A program made the translations under genes and the position numbers. This document shows, in pieces, positions 44,839 through 53,691 of a stretch of DNA of 64,000 nucleotides. The stretch spans positions 406,779 to 470,778 of the forward strand of contig CBEVQO010000001.1 of the NCBI GenBank assembly GCA_965552055.1, read 5' to 3'. The notes under the pieces were generated by a model. It was not told the origin of the DNA. It searched no databases and was given only the letters and a program-made list of their open reading frames with translations. Source of the DNA: an uncultured bacterium (lineage in GTDB: Bacteria; Hydrothermota; UBA3073; NMUJ01; CBEVQO01). Numbering within the stretch: the stretch's first letter is position 1; each line of letters opens with the position of its first letter.

Positions 44839-44867
44839 TTGACATTTGAGGAGAATAATTAAATTAT
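44839..44867 (+). promoter_or_regulatory. Sigma-70-like promoter upstream of gltX
   Basis: ttgacatttgaggagaataattaaattat ending 5 nt before the ATG at 44872. Confidence 0.4.
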
Positions 44868-44871
44868 TAAG

Positions 44872-46269
44872 ATGAGTGTAAGGGTAAGGATAGCGCCTTC
44901 TCCCACTGGCTTTTTGCATGTAGGTACCGCTCGCACTGCCCTTTATAACTATCTATTTGCCAAGAAAATGGGAGGAAAATTTATTTTGAGAATTGAAGAT
45001 ACAGATTTGCAAAGGTCAGACCCGCGCTATACCGAGCAAATAATAGAAAGCTTGAAATGGCTCGGATTACATTGGGATGAAATTTATTATCAATCACAGA
45101 GATTTGATATTTACAGAAAATACGCTGAAAAACTTTTAAAAGAAGGAAAAGCATATTATTGTTATTGCACAGAAGAAGAACTGGAAAGGAAAAGGAAAGA
45201 AGCTCTTGCAAAGAAAAAACCATGGAAATACGATAGAAGATGTTATTATTTAACACCCGAAGAAAAAGAAAAATTTGAGCGTGAAGGAAGAAAAAAAGCA
45301 TTGAGATTTTTCATACCTCAAGGTAAGGTAGAATTTGAAGATTTATTACATGGTAAACTCGAAAGGGATTCTTTTGATATTGAGGATTTTGTGATAATGA
45401 AATCGGATGGCACTCCCAGTTATAATTTTGCGTGTGTAATCGATGACCACCTGATGGGTATAACGCATGTGATAAGGGGTGAAGACCACATAACAAATAC
45501 TTTTAAACAGGTTTTGCTTTACAAAGCACTCGGCTGGGAGCCACCAAAATTTGTGCATCTACCTTTGATACTGGGAGAAGACAGGTCAAAATTGTCAAAG
45601 CGCCATGGTGCAGTAAATGTGCTTGAATACAGAGAAATGGGATATTTACCTGAAGCCCTGATTAATTTCCTTGCACTTTTAGGATGGTCTCCAGGTGAAG
45701 ATAAAGAAATTTTATCAATAGATGAAATGATTGAAAGATTTTCACTCGAAAAGTTAAGTAAGACAGGCTCAGTATTTGACATCAAAAAATTAACATGGAT
45801 GAATCACGAATACATAAAGAGGAAATCAGCAGAGGAGTTACTCCCCCTTGTTAAACCTTTTATAAAAGAAGAAGTGGATGATGCGTATTTGCTGAAGGTA
45901 ATCGAGATAATGAAAGACAGGGTAAAAACATTGAAGGATTTCTGGGACTTTGGAAATTACTTTTTCCGTGAACCAGAAAATTTTGACCCCGAAGGAGTTG
46001 AAAAATACTTAAAGAACGAAAAAATTCCAGAATATTTCGAAAAGTTATGCGAAAGATTTGAAAAATTACCTCATTTCAATGTTGAAGAAATAGAAATAGC
46101 GATAAGGGAACTTGCTCAAGAACTCGGAATAAAAGCAAAAGAACTCATTCATCCTGTTAGAGTGGCTGTTTCCGGCAGAACAGTGGGACCCAGTTTATTC
46201 CACATGCTCGAAGTACTGGGAAAAGAAAGGGTCTTGAGACGCCTTAAAAAGTGGTGCAGGAAAAATTGA
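44872..46269 (+). CDS. gltX: Glutamate--tRNA ligase
   Basis: The class I HIGH motif appears as PSPTGFLHVGTARTA and KMSKS as KLSKRHG; the anticodon-binding domain follows. Confidence 0.93.
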   Translation: MSVRVRIAPSPTGFLHVGTARTALYNYLFAKKMGGKFILRIEDTDLQRSDPRYTEQIIESLKWLGLHWDEIYYQSQRFDIYRKYAEKLLKEGKAYYCYCTEEELERKRKEALAKKKPWKYDRRCYYLTPEEKEKFEREGRKKALRFFIPQGKVEFEDLLHGKLERDSFDIEDFVIMKSDGTPSYNFACVIDDHLMGITHVIRGEDHITNTFKQVLLYKALGWEPPKFVHLPLILGEDRSKLSKRHGAVNVLEYREMGYLPEALINFLALLGWSPGEDKEILSIDEMIERFSLEKLSKTGSVFDIKKLTWMNHEYIKRKSAEELLPLVKPFIKEEVDDAYLLKVIEIMKDRVKTLKDFWDFGNYFFREPENFDPEGVEKYLKNEKIPEYFEKLCERFEKLPHFNVEEIEIAIRELAQELGIKAKELIHPVRVAVSGRTVGPSLFHMLEVLGKERVLRRLKKWCRKN

Positions 46270-46964
46270 AAAAAGGTTTACTATGTCTCATTGACCCGGA
46301 TAAAGAAATAAAATTTCTAAAAGAAATGGTTAAAAAAATTTCAGATGCCGGAGCTTCAGCTATTTTACTCGGTGGAAGCACCTATGGTGAAGTAGATTTT
46401 GATGAATTTGTAAAGGAAGTTAAAAGATATTCGGAAATACCCGTAATTATTTTTCCATCCGGAATGCATCATATATCGAAGTATGCTGATGCCATATTTT
46501 TCATGTCATTGCTTAGTGGAAGAAATCCACAATATTTGATTGAGGAACAGGTAAAAGCTGCTCCTTTGATAAAAAAATATGGGTTAGAAGTAATACCTGT
46601 AGGTTATATTCTGGTAGATGGTGGTAATCCAACGAGTGCATCTTATATCAGCCACACTATGCCCATACCCCGTGACAAACCACGAATAGCAAAATATCAT
46701 GCTCTTACTGCCCAGTATTTTGGTATGAAATATGTGTATCTCGATGCGGGAAGCGGTGCAAAATATTCTGTACCAGAAGAAATGATAAAAGAAGTAAAAG
46801 AATACATTGATATCCCTTTAATTGTGGGAGGCGGTATTAAAACGCCGGAAGAAGCCCTTAAAAAAAGGAAAGCAGGAGCGGATTTTATAGTCGTGGGAAA
46901 TATCATTGAGAAAGACATAAATCTTGTTTATGAATTTGTGAAAGTGCTGGAAAAGGAGGGATGA
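46266..46964 (+). CDS. Prenyltransferase of the GGGPS/PcrB family ((hepta/geranylgeranyl)glyceryl phosphate synthase)
   Basis: LIDPDK…GASAILLGGSTYG…PVIIFPSG…ADAIFFMSLLSGRNPQYLI…YLDAGSGAKYSVP…PLIVGGGIKTPEEA…GADFIVVGNIIE matches TIGR01768/01769 along its whole length. The TTG at 46266 overlaps the gltX TGA (TTGA); the GTG at 46251 is the alternative. Confidence 0.8.
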   Translation: MKKGLLCLIDPDKEIKFLKEMVKKISDAGASAILLGGSTYGEVDFDEFVKEVKRYSEIPVIIFPSGMHHISKYADAIFFMSLLSGRNPQYLIEEQVKAAPLIKKYGLEVIPVGYILVDGGNPTSASYISHTMPIPRDKPRIAKYHALTAQYFGMKYVYLDAGSGAKYSVPEEMIKEVKEYIDIPLIVGGGIKTPEEALKKRKAGADFIVVGNIIEKDINLVYEFVKVLEKEG

Positions 46965-47737
46965 TGAAAGGAGTGGTTCTTGCAGGAGGTCTTGGCACCC
47001 GCCTTTATCCCCTTACTAAAATAACGAATAAACATCTATTGCCGATTTATGACCTTCCGATGATATATTATCCCATAATGACACTTGTGGATGCGGGTAT
47101 AAAAGAGATAATGATAGTAACAGGTGGTAATTATGCAGGTGAATTTCTACGACTTCTGGGCGACGGAAGGGAATTCGGTTTAAAACAGTTAACTTATGCT
47201 TATCAGGAGAAAGAAGGAGGAATTGCTCATGCTTTGTCTTATGCACAAAATTTCATAGGTAATGATAAATTCGTGGTAATACTTGGAGATAATATCCTTG
47301 ATGGCAGTATAAAGAAAGCGGTTGATAACTTTAAGAAGCAAAAAGAAGGTGCAAAAATTTTACTGAAAGAGGTTCCAAATCCCCAGGATTATGGAGTGCC
47401 TGTAATTGAAGGTGATAAGATAGTGGATGTTATTGAAAAACCCGAAAATCCACCAACAAATTACGCAGTTATAGGTGTTTACATGTATCATCCGGATGTT
47501 TTTAACATAATCAAAGAGCTAAAGCCATCAAAGAGGGGAGAATTAGAGATATCCGATGTGAATGCGATTTATGCGAAACAGGGCAAGTTAACTTACGATA
47601 TTTTCGAAGGATGGTGGGGAGATGCAGGAGTATCTGTCGATATATATCTTGAAGTTTGTAATTATGTGGCATTGAGGAAAAAATCAAATCCACCTTACTG
47701 GAATCTCGAAAGATTGAGAAATTTGAATGCGAAATGA
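46961..47737 (+). CDS. Sugar-phosphate nucleotidyltransferase (short RmlA-like / glucose-1-phosphate thymidylyltransferase-like)
   Basis: The G.GTRL.P.T..K.L nucleotide-binding loop appears as MKGVVLAGGLGTRLYPLT, with the GDNI and EKP motifs. Confidence 0.75.
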   Translation: MMKGVVLAGGLGTRLYPLTKITNKHLLPIYDLPMIYYPIMTLVDAGIKEIMIVTGGNYAGEFLRLLGDGREFGLKQLTYAYQEKEGGIAHALSYAQNFIGNDKFVVILGDNILDGSIKKAVDNFKKQKEGAKILLKEVPNPQDYGVPVIEGDKIVDVIEKPENPPTNYAVIGVYMYHPDVFNIIKELKPSKRGELEISDVNAIYAKQGKLTYDIFEGWWGDAGVSVDIYLEVCNYVALRKKSNPPYWNLERLRNLNAK

Positions 47738-48564
47738 GAATACTGGTACTGGGTGCAACAGGGATGCTCGGCTCCGACCTTGTGCCCCTCCTGAATTCAT
47801 ACGATGTAATACCTGCAGGCAGTAAAGATATAAACATAGCGGAAAAAGATTGTATAAAGAAAATTGCAGATATTAAACCGGATTTTATCTATTTGCTCGC
47901 TGCCTATACGAATGTTGAAAAATGCGAAGATGAAGTTGAGAAAGCTTTTATGGTAAATGCAATTGGTGTACGCAATGTATGCATAGCTGCTCAGAAATTA
48001 AATTGCCCTTTGCTTTACATAAGCACAGATTATGTGTTTGACGGCAAAAAAGACGAACCCTATTACGAATTTGATAAACCAAATCCCTTAAGCGTGTATG
48101 GCAGGTCAAAATATTGGGGAGAAGTCTTTGTTAGAGATTTGTTAAATAAATTTTTTATAGTGAGGACATCGTGGCTTTACGGTAAAAATGGAATTAATTT
48201 TGTATATAAAATGCTGGAAATTTCAAAGAAAAATAAAGTTTTAAAGGTTGTAAATGACCAGACAGGAAGTCCCACATACACAAAGGATTTAGCAGAAGCT
48301 TTAACCTTGTTTTTGAATTGTGAATTTTATGGGATATATCATATTACAAATTCAGGATACTGCACATGGTATGAATTTGCGAAAAAAATTTTTGAAATAA
48401 AAGGTATAGATGTGGAAGTAATACCTGTCAGCAGTGCTGAGTTTCCGGCAAAAGCACGGCGTCCTAAAAATTCAAGATTATCAAATTTCCACTTTGAAAA
48501 AACATTCGGCAGAAAATTAAGACACTGGCATGATGCATTAAAAGATTTTTTAAATAATTTTTAG
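47734..48564 (+). CDS. rmlD: dTDP-4-dehydrorhamnose reductase
   Basis: ILVLGATGMLG Rossmann motif and YxxxK (YGRSKYWGE) of RmlD/RfbD. Confidence 0.85.
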   Translation: MRILVLGATGMLGSDLVPLLNSYDVIPAGSKDINIAEKDCIKKIADIKPDFIYLLAAYTNVEKCEDEVEKAFMVNAIGVRNVCIAAQKLNCPLLYISTDYVFDGKKDEPYYEFDKPNPLSVYGRSKYWGEVFVRDLLNKFFIVRTSWLYGKNGINFVYKMLEISKKNKVLKVVNDQTGSPTYTKDLAEALTLFLNCEFYGIYHITNSGYCTWYEFAKKIFEIKGIDVEVIPVSSAEFPAKARRPKNSRLSNFHFEKTFGRKLRHWHDALKDFLNNF

Positions 48565-48630
48565 CCCCGCCTCCCTGTCCCCACCACCCTCGTCACAACC
48601 CATATGTAATGCACTCGCTTACGCTCGTAA
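48562..48630. repeat. GC-rich dispersed element, short copy B, in reverse orientation relative to copy A
   Basis: ttagccccgcctccctgtccccaccaccctcgtcacaacccatatgtaatgcactcgcttacgctcg equals the two termini of element A joined together; it lies between the convergent rmlD and ymdB stops. Confidence 0.6.
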
Positions 48631-49398
48631 TAAATATTTTATTCTATCTATTTTTCTGCATTTTCCTGTTTTTTCATCTATGTCGATTAAAACGGCACAA
48701 AATTGTGGCTTTGAAGAGGCAGCACGAGGTATTACTGGCACACCTGTTATAAACATTCTCAAAATTTCTCCTTTTTTTGCTCCACAGATAGAATCAGCAG
48801 CACCTGTAACGCCCGCATCCGTAATATACCCAGTACCGCGATGTAAAATGCGGGTATCAGCAGTTTGGGTACCAAGATGAGAGCCTACAACAGCTGACAC
48901 CCTGCCATCCAGATACCAGCCCATTGCACATTTCTCAGAACTCGCCTGAGCATGAAAATCAACGAGAATTAAATTCGTTTCTTTTTTAACTTCTTCAATT
49001 ATTTCATCTGCTTTCCTGAAAGGACAATCAACATTCACCATAAAGGTTCTTCCTATTAAATTTATCACACATAAACCATTCGGGAAAATATGAAAACCCC
49101 TCCCGGGTACAGAAGGCGGATAGTTTGCAGGACGAAGTAATCTTCTTGGATTCGAATGTAACACAGCAACTACATCTTTATTCAGCCAGACATCTTCTCC
49201 CGTTGTAATGCAATCTATTCCATAAGAGAGTAACTCTTCAACAGAAAGGGGGTCAATACCCTTACCATCATCAGATGCATCTTCTCCGTTCGCAACAACA
49301 AAATCAACACCAAAATCTTCAACAATAACTGGCAAAATTCTCTTAACAGCTGTTTTACCGGGAAGCCCAAAAATTTTACCAATGAAAAGAACCTTCAT
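48619..49398 (-). CDS. ymdB: YmdB-like metallophosphoesterase (TIGR00282; 2',3'-cyclic-nucleotide phosphodiesterase family)
   Basis: MKVLFIGKIFGLPG…DFVVANGEDASDDGKG…DCITTGEDVW, calcineurin-like metal ligands; matches YmdB along its whole length. Confidence 0.8.
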   Translation of the reverse strand: MKVLFIGKIFGLPGKTAVKRILPVIVEDFGVDFVVANGEDASDDGKGIDPLSVEELLSYGIDCITTGEDVWLNKDVVAVLHSNPRRLLRPANYPPSVPGRGFHIFPNGLCVINLIGRTFMVNVDCPFRKADEIIEEVKKETNLILVDFHAQASSEKCAMGWYLDGRVSAVVGSHLGTQTADTRILHRGTGYITDAGVTGAADSICGAKKGEILRMFITGVPVIPRAASSKPQFCAVLIDIDEKTGKCRKIDRIKYLLRA

Positions 49399-49405
49399 TA
49401 AGAAT

Positions 49406-49434
49406 TATAAAAAATTTGCAAAGATGTCAATAAT
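49406..49434 (-). promoter_or_regulatory. Sigma-70-like promoter (TTGACA-15-TATAAT) for ymdB; the ATG lies 5 nt after the -10
   Basis: Minus strand reads ttgacatctttgcaaattttttataat, then tctta, then ATG. Confidence 0.5.
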
Positions 49435-49446
49435 TTTTATTTTTAT

Positions 49447-49505
49447 CCCGCCCGCCCACCCAGAGATTTTTTCGAAGGGCTTCGCCCTCCGTGACCCATT
49501 TTTGA
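49447..49505. repeat. Degenerate third copy C of the GC-rich element
   Basis: tcccgcccgcccaccc…gccctccgtgacccat parallels copy B (ccccgcctccc…ccctcgtcacaacccat) in the same orientation. Confidence 0.4.
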
Positions 49506-49567
49506 ATTTCTCTAAATCGTTAATATTACATAACCGTTTTTCAGCACTTTCTTAATAAGTTTCAAAA

Positions 49568-49594
49568 TTGACAAACACATATTGTGATTATAAT
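49568..49594 (+). promoter_or_regulatory. Sigma-70-like promoter (TTGACA-15-TATAAT) for the CAP-domain gene
   Basis: ttgacaaacacatattgtgattataat; an in-frame GTG at 49599. Confidence 0.5.
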
Positions 49595-49598
49595 TTAT

Positions 49599-50639
49599 GT
49601 GCTACCTCTATTCTTATTAACATCAACACTGGCTTTTCTTGAAGAAAAAATTATTTATTTGACAAATTTAGAGCGTCAAAAAAGGGGATTATCATGGCTT
49701 GAGAAAGACGAATACCTGAGGGAAGCTGCTTTTTCTCATTCAAAGGAAATGGCAGAGTTAAATTATTTCAGCCACTTTTCTCCAAAAAAGGAAAATAGGG
49801 AACCTGCAGACAGGGTAAGACACACAAAATCAACATGCATAACAGTTGCAGAAAACATTTATAAAGTAACAGGGCTTCAGGATTTGCAAAAACTACCTGC
49901 AATGTGCGTGGAAAGCTGGATGAATAGCCCTCATCATAGAGAAAATATCCTAACACCTTATTACAATAGAATTGGCGTTGGAATTTACAAAAAAGGGGAT
50001 ACTTATTATGTAACTCAATTATTCGCAGAAAAATTCATGGAATTTAGAAAAATAAAAGCAAGAGAGATAATAAAAGAAGTATACGAAATTGTGATATCTC
50101 TTATCACAAAGAGAAAATGCGAAATAGGACTGTGGATTGACGGCGAATTTAAAGAAAAATATACGAGCCGAAAAAAATTGATTCTCAAATATGACTTCGA
50201 CAAAAATACAGGCAAACATTTAATTGAAATAGGTTATAGAAAAGCAGGTGAAAAAGGAAATTTCCTTATCACAAATAAAGTAACTATAAATACCGATACC
50301 ACAAAAAACGAAGTGATAAAAAAAGTGGAAAAATTAGCAGAATATGTAAAAGTAGAGACAGTTACATCTATTCTGAAAAAAGTTAAAAAAGTAGCACTAA
50401 CTTTTAAAGGTAAAAAAATAAAAGATTTCAAAGAAATTGGCATATTTTTAGATGATAAACTCATAAAACAGATTAAATGCAGTGATAAAGATTTAAATTT
50501 CGAAGTGGAAATAGAAAAAGATGGCAAAAAGAAAGAAATTGGCATTGGCATTTTTAAGCCCGCAGAAAATAAGTTTAAAATAACAGACAAAATCTTTATC
50601 GATACATCAAAAGAAGGAGAGGATATATTTTTGTGGTAA
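49599..50639 (+). CDS. Secreted CAP/SCP/PR1-like domain protein with an uncharacterised 200-aa C-terminal domain
   Basis: Signal peptide; the CAP motifs HFSQ-like (HFSPK) and SPHHRENIL, YNRIGVG (CAP1/CAP2-like); the K-rich C-terminal half has no recognisable family. The track start 49584 lies in the -10 box. Confidence 0.6.
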   Translation: MLPLFLLTSTLAFLEEKIIYLTNLERQKRGLSWLEKDEYLREAAFSHSKEMAELNYFSHFSPKKENREPADRVRHTKSTCITVAENIYKVTGLQDLQKLPAMCVESWMNSPHHRENILTPYYNRIGVGIYKKGDTYYVTQLFAEKFMEFRKIKAREIIKEVYEIVISLITKRKCEIGLWIDGEFKEKYTSRKKLILKYDFDKNTGKHLIEIGYRKAGEKGNFLITNKVTINTDTTKNEVIKKVEKLAEYVKVETVTSILKKVKKVALTFKGKKIKDFKEIGIFLDDKLIKQIKCSDKDLNFEVEIEKDGKKKEIGIGIFKPAENKFKITDKIFIDTSKEGEDIFLW

Positions 50640-50649
50640 TTTATATAGC

Positions 50650-50676
50650 TTGACAATTATTCAATTTGATTAAAAT
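50650..50676 (+). promoter_or_regulatory. Sigma-70-like promoter (TTGACA-15-TAAAAT) for hflX; the GTG start lies 5 nt after the -10
   Basis: ttgacaattattcaatttgattaaaat, then atagt, then GTG at 50682. Confidence 0.5.
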
Positions 50677-50681
50677 ATAGT

Positions 50682-51773
50682 GTGGAGAGAGCGTTTCTCG
50701 TAGGTGTACTTTTACCCTACGAAGAAAAATGGGAAAAAATAGATTCTTTGAATGAATTAGAAAGCCTATGCAGAACAGCAGGCGCTGAAGTAGTTGGAAG
50801 AACATTGCAAAGAAGAGATAGAATAAACCCTGCATTTTTCATTGGAAAAGGAAAAGCCGAAGAACTTCGCAAAATAGCAGATGAATTGAATATCGACCTT
50901 TTTGTGTTTGATGACGAACTATCACCTGCACAGGTTAGAAATCTCGAAGAAGTAACAGGAAGAAAAATAATAGACAGAACCGAATTAATTCTGGATATAT
51001 TTGCACAACATGCAAAAACAAGAGCTGCAAAAATAGAAGTAGAATTAACACAGCTTAAATATAGATTAACAAGATTAACAGGTAAAGGAATAGAGTTATC
51101 AAGACTGGGAGGAGGAATTGGAACAAGGGGACCCGGTGAAAAAAAGCTGGAAGTGGATAGAAGAAAGATTAAAGAAAGAATAAGAACATTACAAAAAAAA
51201 TTGAAAGATATAGAAAGGCAAAGGGAAATACAAAGTAAAAGGCGGAAAGAAGTAAAAAGGATAGCAATAGTTGGATATACAAATGCTGGCAAAACGACTC
51301 TTATGAACAGATTAACTCATTCCAATCTTTACACCGATGATAAACTTTTTGCGACTCTTGACGCAACAACCAGGCGTTTAATTTTACCAGATGGAATAAA
51401 AGCAGTCATAACGGATACAATCGGATTTATAAGACGCTTACCTCATGGACTTATTTCTTCTTTCCATTCGACTTTGCAGGAAGCTATTGAAGCGGATTTG
51501 AGACTACATGTAATAGACGCAAGTCATCCAAGAGTGGAACTGCAAATAATGGCTGGAAACGAAATTTTAGAAGCACTCGGAGTAGCAGATAAACCAACTT
51601 TATATGTATTCAACAAAATTGATAAAGATAGAGAAAATGTCCCCTATTTGAAAAGAAATTATCCTGATGCTGTCTTTGTATCTGCGTTAACAGGTGAAGG
51701 TATCGACGAACTAAAGGAAAGAATCTGCGAAATGCTTAAAAAATGCTCGCAGCACTCAAATACTACTCAATAA
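50682..51773 (+). CDS. hflX: GTPase HflX
   Basis: HflX N-terminal domain, a coiled-coil linker, and G1 to G4 motifs (GYTNAGKTTL, DTIGF, NKID). Confidence 0.9.
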   Translation: MERAFLVGVLLPYEEKWEKIDSLNELESLCRTAGAEVVGRTLQRRDRINPAFFIGKGKAEELRKIADELNIDLFVFDDELSPAQVRNLEEVTGRKIIDRTELILDIFAQHAKTRAAKIEVELTQLKYRLTRLTGKGIELSRLGGGIGTRGPGEKKLEVDRRKIKERIRTLQKKLKDIERQREIQSKRRKEVKRIAIVGYTNAGKTTLMNRLTHSNLYTDDKLFATLDATTRRLILPDGIKAVITDTIGFIRRLPHGLISSFHSTLQEAIEADLRLHVIDASHPRVELQIMAGNEILEALGVADKPTLYVFNKIDKDRENVPYLKRNYPDAVFVSALTGEGIDELKERICEMLKKCSQHSNTTQ

Positions 51774-52597
51774 GATTGGCAATAGTTTTGCACAAAGCTT
51801 TGCCTGAATTCGTAAAAATAATAATTTGCTATTCGCTCGCTTTCCTCTCTTTCTTATTTTTGAAAAATAGAAGAAAAATAATCGAAGAAAATATTAAAAT
51901 AATTACCGGAAAAGAAAATAAAAAGTTAGTTTTACAAACTTTCATAAATTTTTCGCTGGATTTTGCAGATTTGCTTAAAATTTATTGTTTGAATAGTGAA
52001 AAAATTAAGAAATTGCCTAAAATAATCAGAGGGACAGAATATATTGAAAATGCGTTAAAAAACGGGAAAGGCATAATTTTTGTTGACGCACATCTCGGCA
52101 ATTGGGAAGTGGGAGGTTGTTTTCTCGGAGCAATGGGTTACCCTGTAGTCGCAGTTGTCGAACCTTTAAAAGATAAAAGATACTATAAACTATTGAATAA
52201 ATTGAGAACAAAAACAGGAATGGGCATCATCGAACTGAATCTTTCTGTAGGCAGGAATATTTTAAAAAATTTGAAACAGGGGAAACTCGTGGTATTACTT
52301 GGTGATAGAGATTTGACAGGCACAGGAATAGAGGTTGAATTTTTTGGTAAAAAGGCAAGGTTACCGAAGGGACCTGCACAATTTGCATTGAAAACAGGAG
52401 CACCTATAATAACAGGATACTTTGTGAGAAAAGGACTACATTACATAGTAGAAGCAGAGCCACCCATAAATTATATTCCCACGGGTGATAAAGAGAAAGA
52501 CATAAGAAATCTAACAGAGATATTAGCAAAAAGGCTTGAAAATAAAATAAAAGAATATCCAACTCAATGGTATGTATTTCAAAGACCATGGGATTGA
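51743..52597 (+). CDS. Lysophospholipid / lipid A-type acyltransferase (LpxL/HtrB family, PF03279)
   Basis: An N-terminal TM helix and an HLGNWE-containing acyltransferase core; overlaps hflX by 31 nt. Confidence 0.65.
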   Translation: MLAALKYYSIRLAIVLHKALPEFVKIIICYSLAFLSFLFLKNRRKIIEENIKIITGKENKKLVLQTFINFSLDFADLLKIYCLNSEKIKKLPKIIRGTEYIENALKNGKGIIFVDAHLGNWEVGGCFLGAMGYPVVAVVEPLKDKRYYKLLNKLRTKTGMGIIELNLSVGRNILKNLKQGKLVVLLGDRDLTGTGIEVEFFGKKARLPKGPAQFALKTGAPIITGYFVRKGLHYIVEAEPPINYIPTGDKEKDIRNLTEILAKRLENKIKEYPTQWYVFQRPWD

Positions 52598-53691
52598 AAA
52601 TTTTAATAGTTACTGACTTCTATTATCCATTTCCTGGCGGTATTTCCGAGCATGTTCATCATCTTTATGAAGAACTTAAAAAATTGGGACATGATGTTAA
52701 GATTCTGACAACAAGATATGGAAAAGATGACGACAAAATAAAAAATCCAGATGTAATAAGAGTTGGTAGATTTATACCCATTCCTTCAATTTTTGCAAAT
52801 TTTTCAAAAGGCGGGATACCTTATAGCTGGGATATGAACAAAAAGATTTACGAAGTAATAAACAACGGAAATTTTGACATAATCCATATTCAGGGTTTGC
52901 TTCCAACATTACCTTTGCGTGCTTTAAAATACTCAAATACAAAAAATGTGGCAACAACTCATATAAGTTTCAAAAGAAATTTCTGGTATCTGGCTTTTAA
53001 AAAACCATCAATGCCCTACTTCAAAAAAATACATAAGCTTATAGCGGTATCGGAAGAAGCAAAAAAATGCATCGAAAAATTTCTGCCGGGTGATTATAAA
53101 ATAATACCAAATGGCATCGACCTTAAAAGATTTAATCCCAAAGTTAAGCCGTTTACTCAATTTGACGATAAAAAGAACATATTATTCCTCGGAAGATTTG
53201 ACCCAAGAAAAGGACTCCATATATTGCTAAAAGCTTTCAAAATTTTAAGACAAAAGAGAAACGACATCCGCTTAATGGTAGTTGGCAGGGGGAAACCTCC
53301 CAAATTACCTGAACCTTACTTTTTGAAGATAAATGCGGATAGAGATGAAGTTCCTCGCTTTTATCGCACAGCCGATGTTTATGTATCACCTGCGTTAATG
53401 GGAGAAAGTTTCGGCATAGTGCTACTCGAAGCTATGGCAACGGGCACACCCGTTATTGCATCGGATATACCAGGATATAGATGTGTAATCAAAGATAAAG
53501 AAAATGGATTGCTTTTCAAAACAGGAGATCCACATGACCTTGCCCAGAAGATAGATTTGATACTGGAAGACGAAAAATTGCGTGAAAAATTGATTAACGG
53601 AGGTCTCAATACGGCAAAAAAATATTCATGGGACAAAATAGCCAAAGAAGTTGAAAAAATATACTTTGAACTGGTTGAAAAGAAAATTTGA
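52588..53691 (+). CDS. Glycosyltransferase family 4
   Basis: GT-B fold with the EsFGIVLLEAMAtGtPVIAS motif; ATG at 52588 (MGLKILIVTD). Confidence 0.75.
   Translation: MGLKILIVTDFYYPFPGGISEHVHHLYEELKKLGHDVKILTTRYGKDDDKIKNPDVIRVGRFIPIPSIFANFSKGGIPYSWDMNKKIYEVINNGNFDIIHIQGLLPTLPLRALKYSNTKNVATTHISFKRNFWYLAFKKPSMPYFKKIHKLIAVSEEAKKCIEKFLPGDYKIIPNGIDLKRFNPKVKPFTQFDDKKNILFLGRFDPRKGLHILLKAFKILRQKRNDIRLMVVGRGKPPKLPEPYFLKINADRDEVPRFYRTADVYVSPALMGESFGIVLLEAMATGTPVIASDIPGYRCVIKDKENGLLFKTGDPHDLAQKIDLILEDEKLREKLINGGLNTAKKYSWDKIAKEVEKIYFELVEKKI

Noticed and set aside
50717-51292. 191-aa minus-strand ORF inside hflX
   Set aside because: Antisense to the HflX GTPase domain, Ser/Leu-rich, and no upstream promoter.
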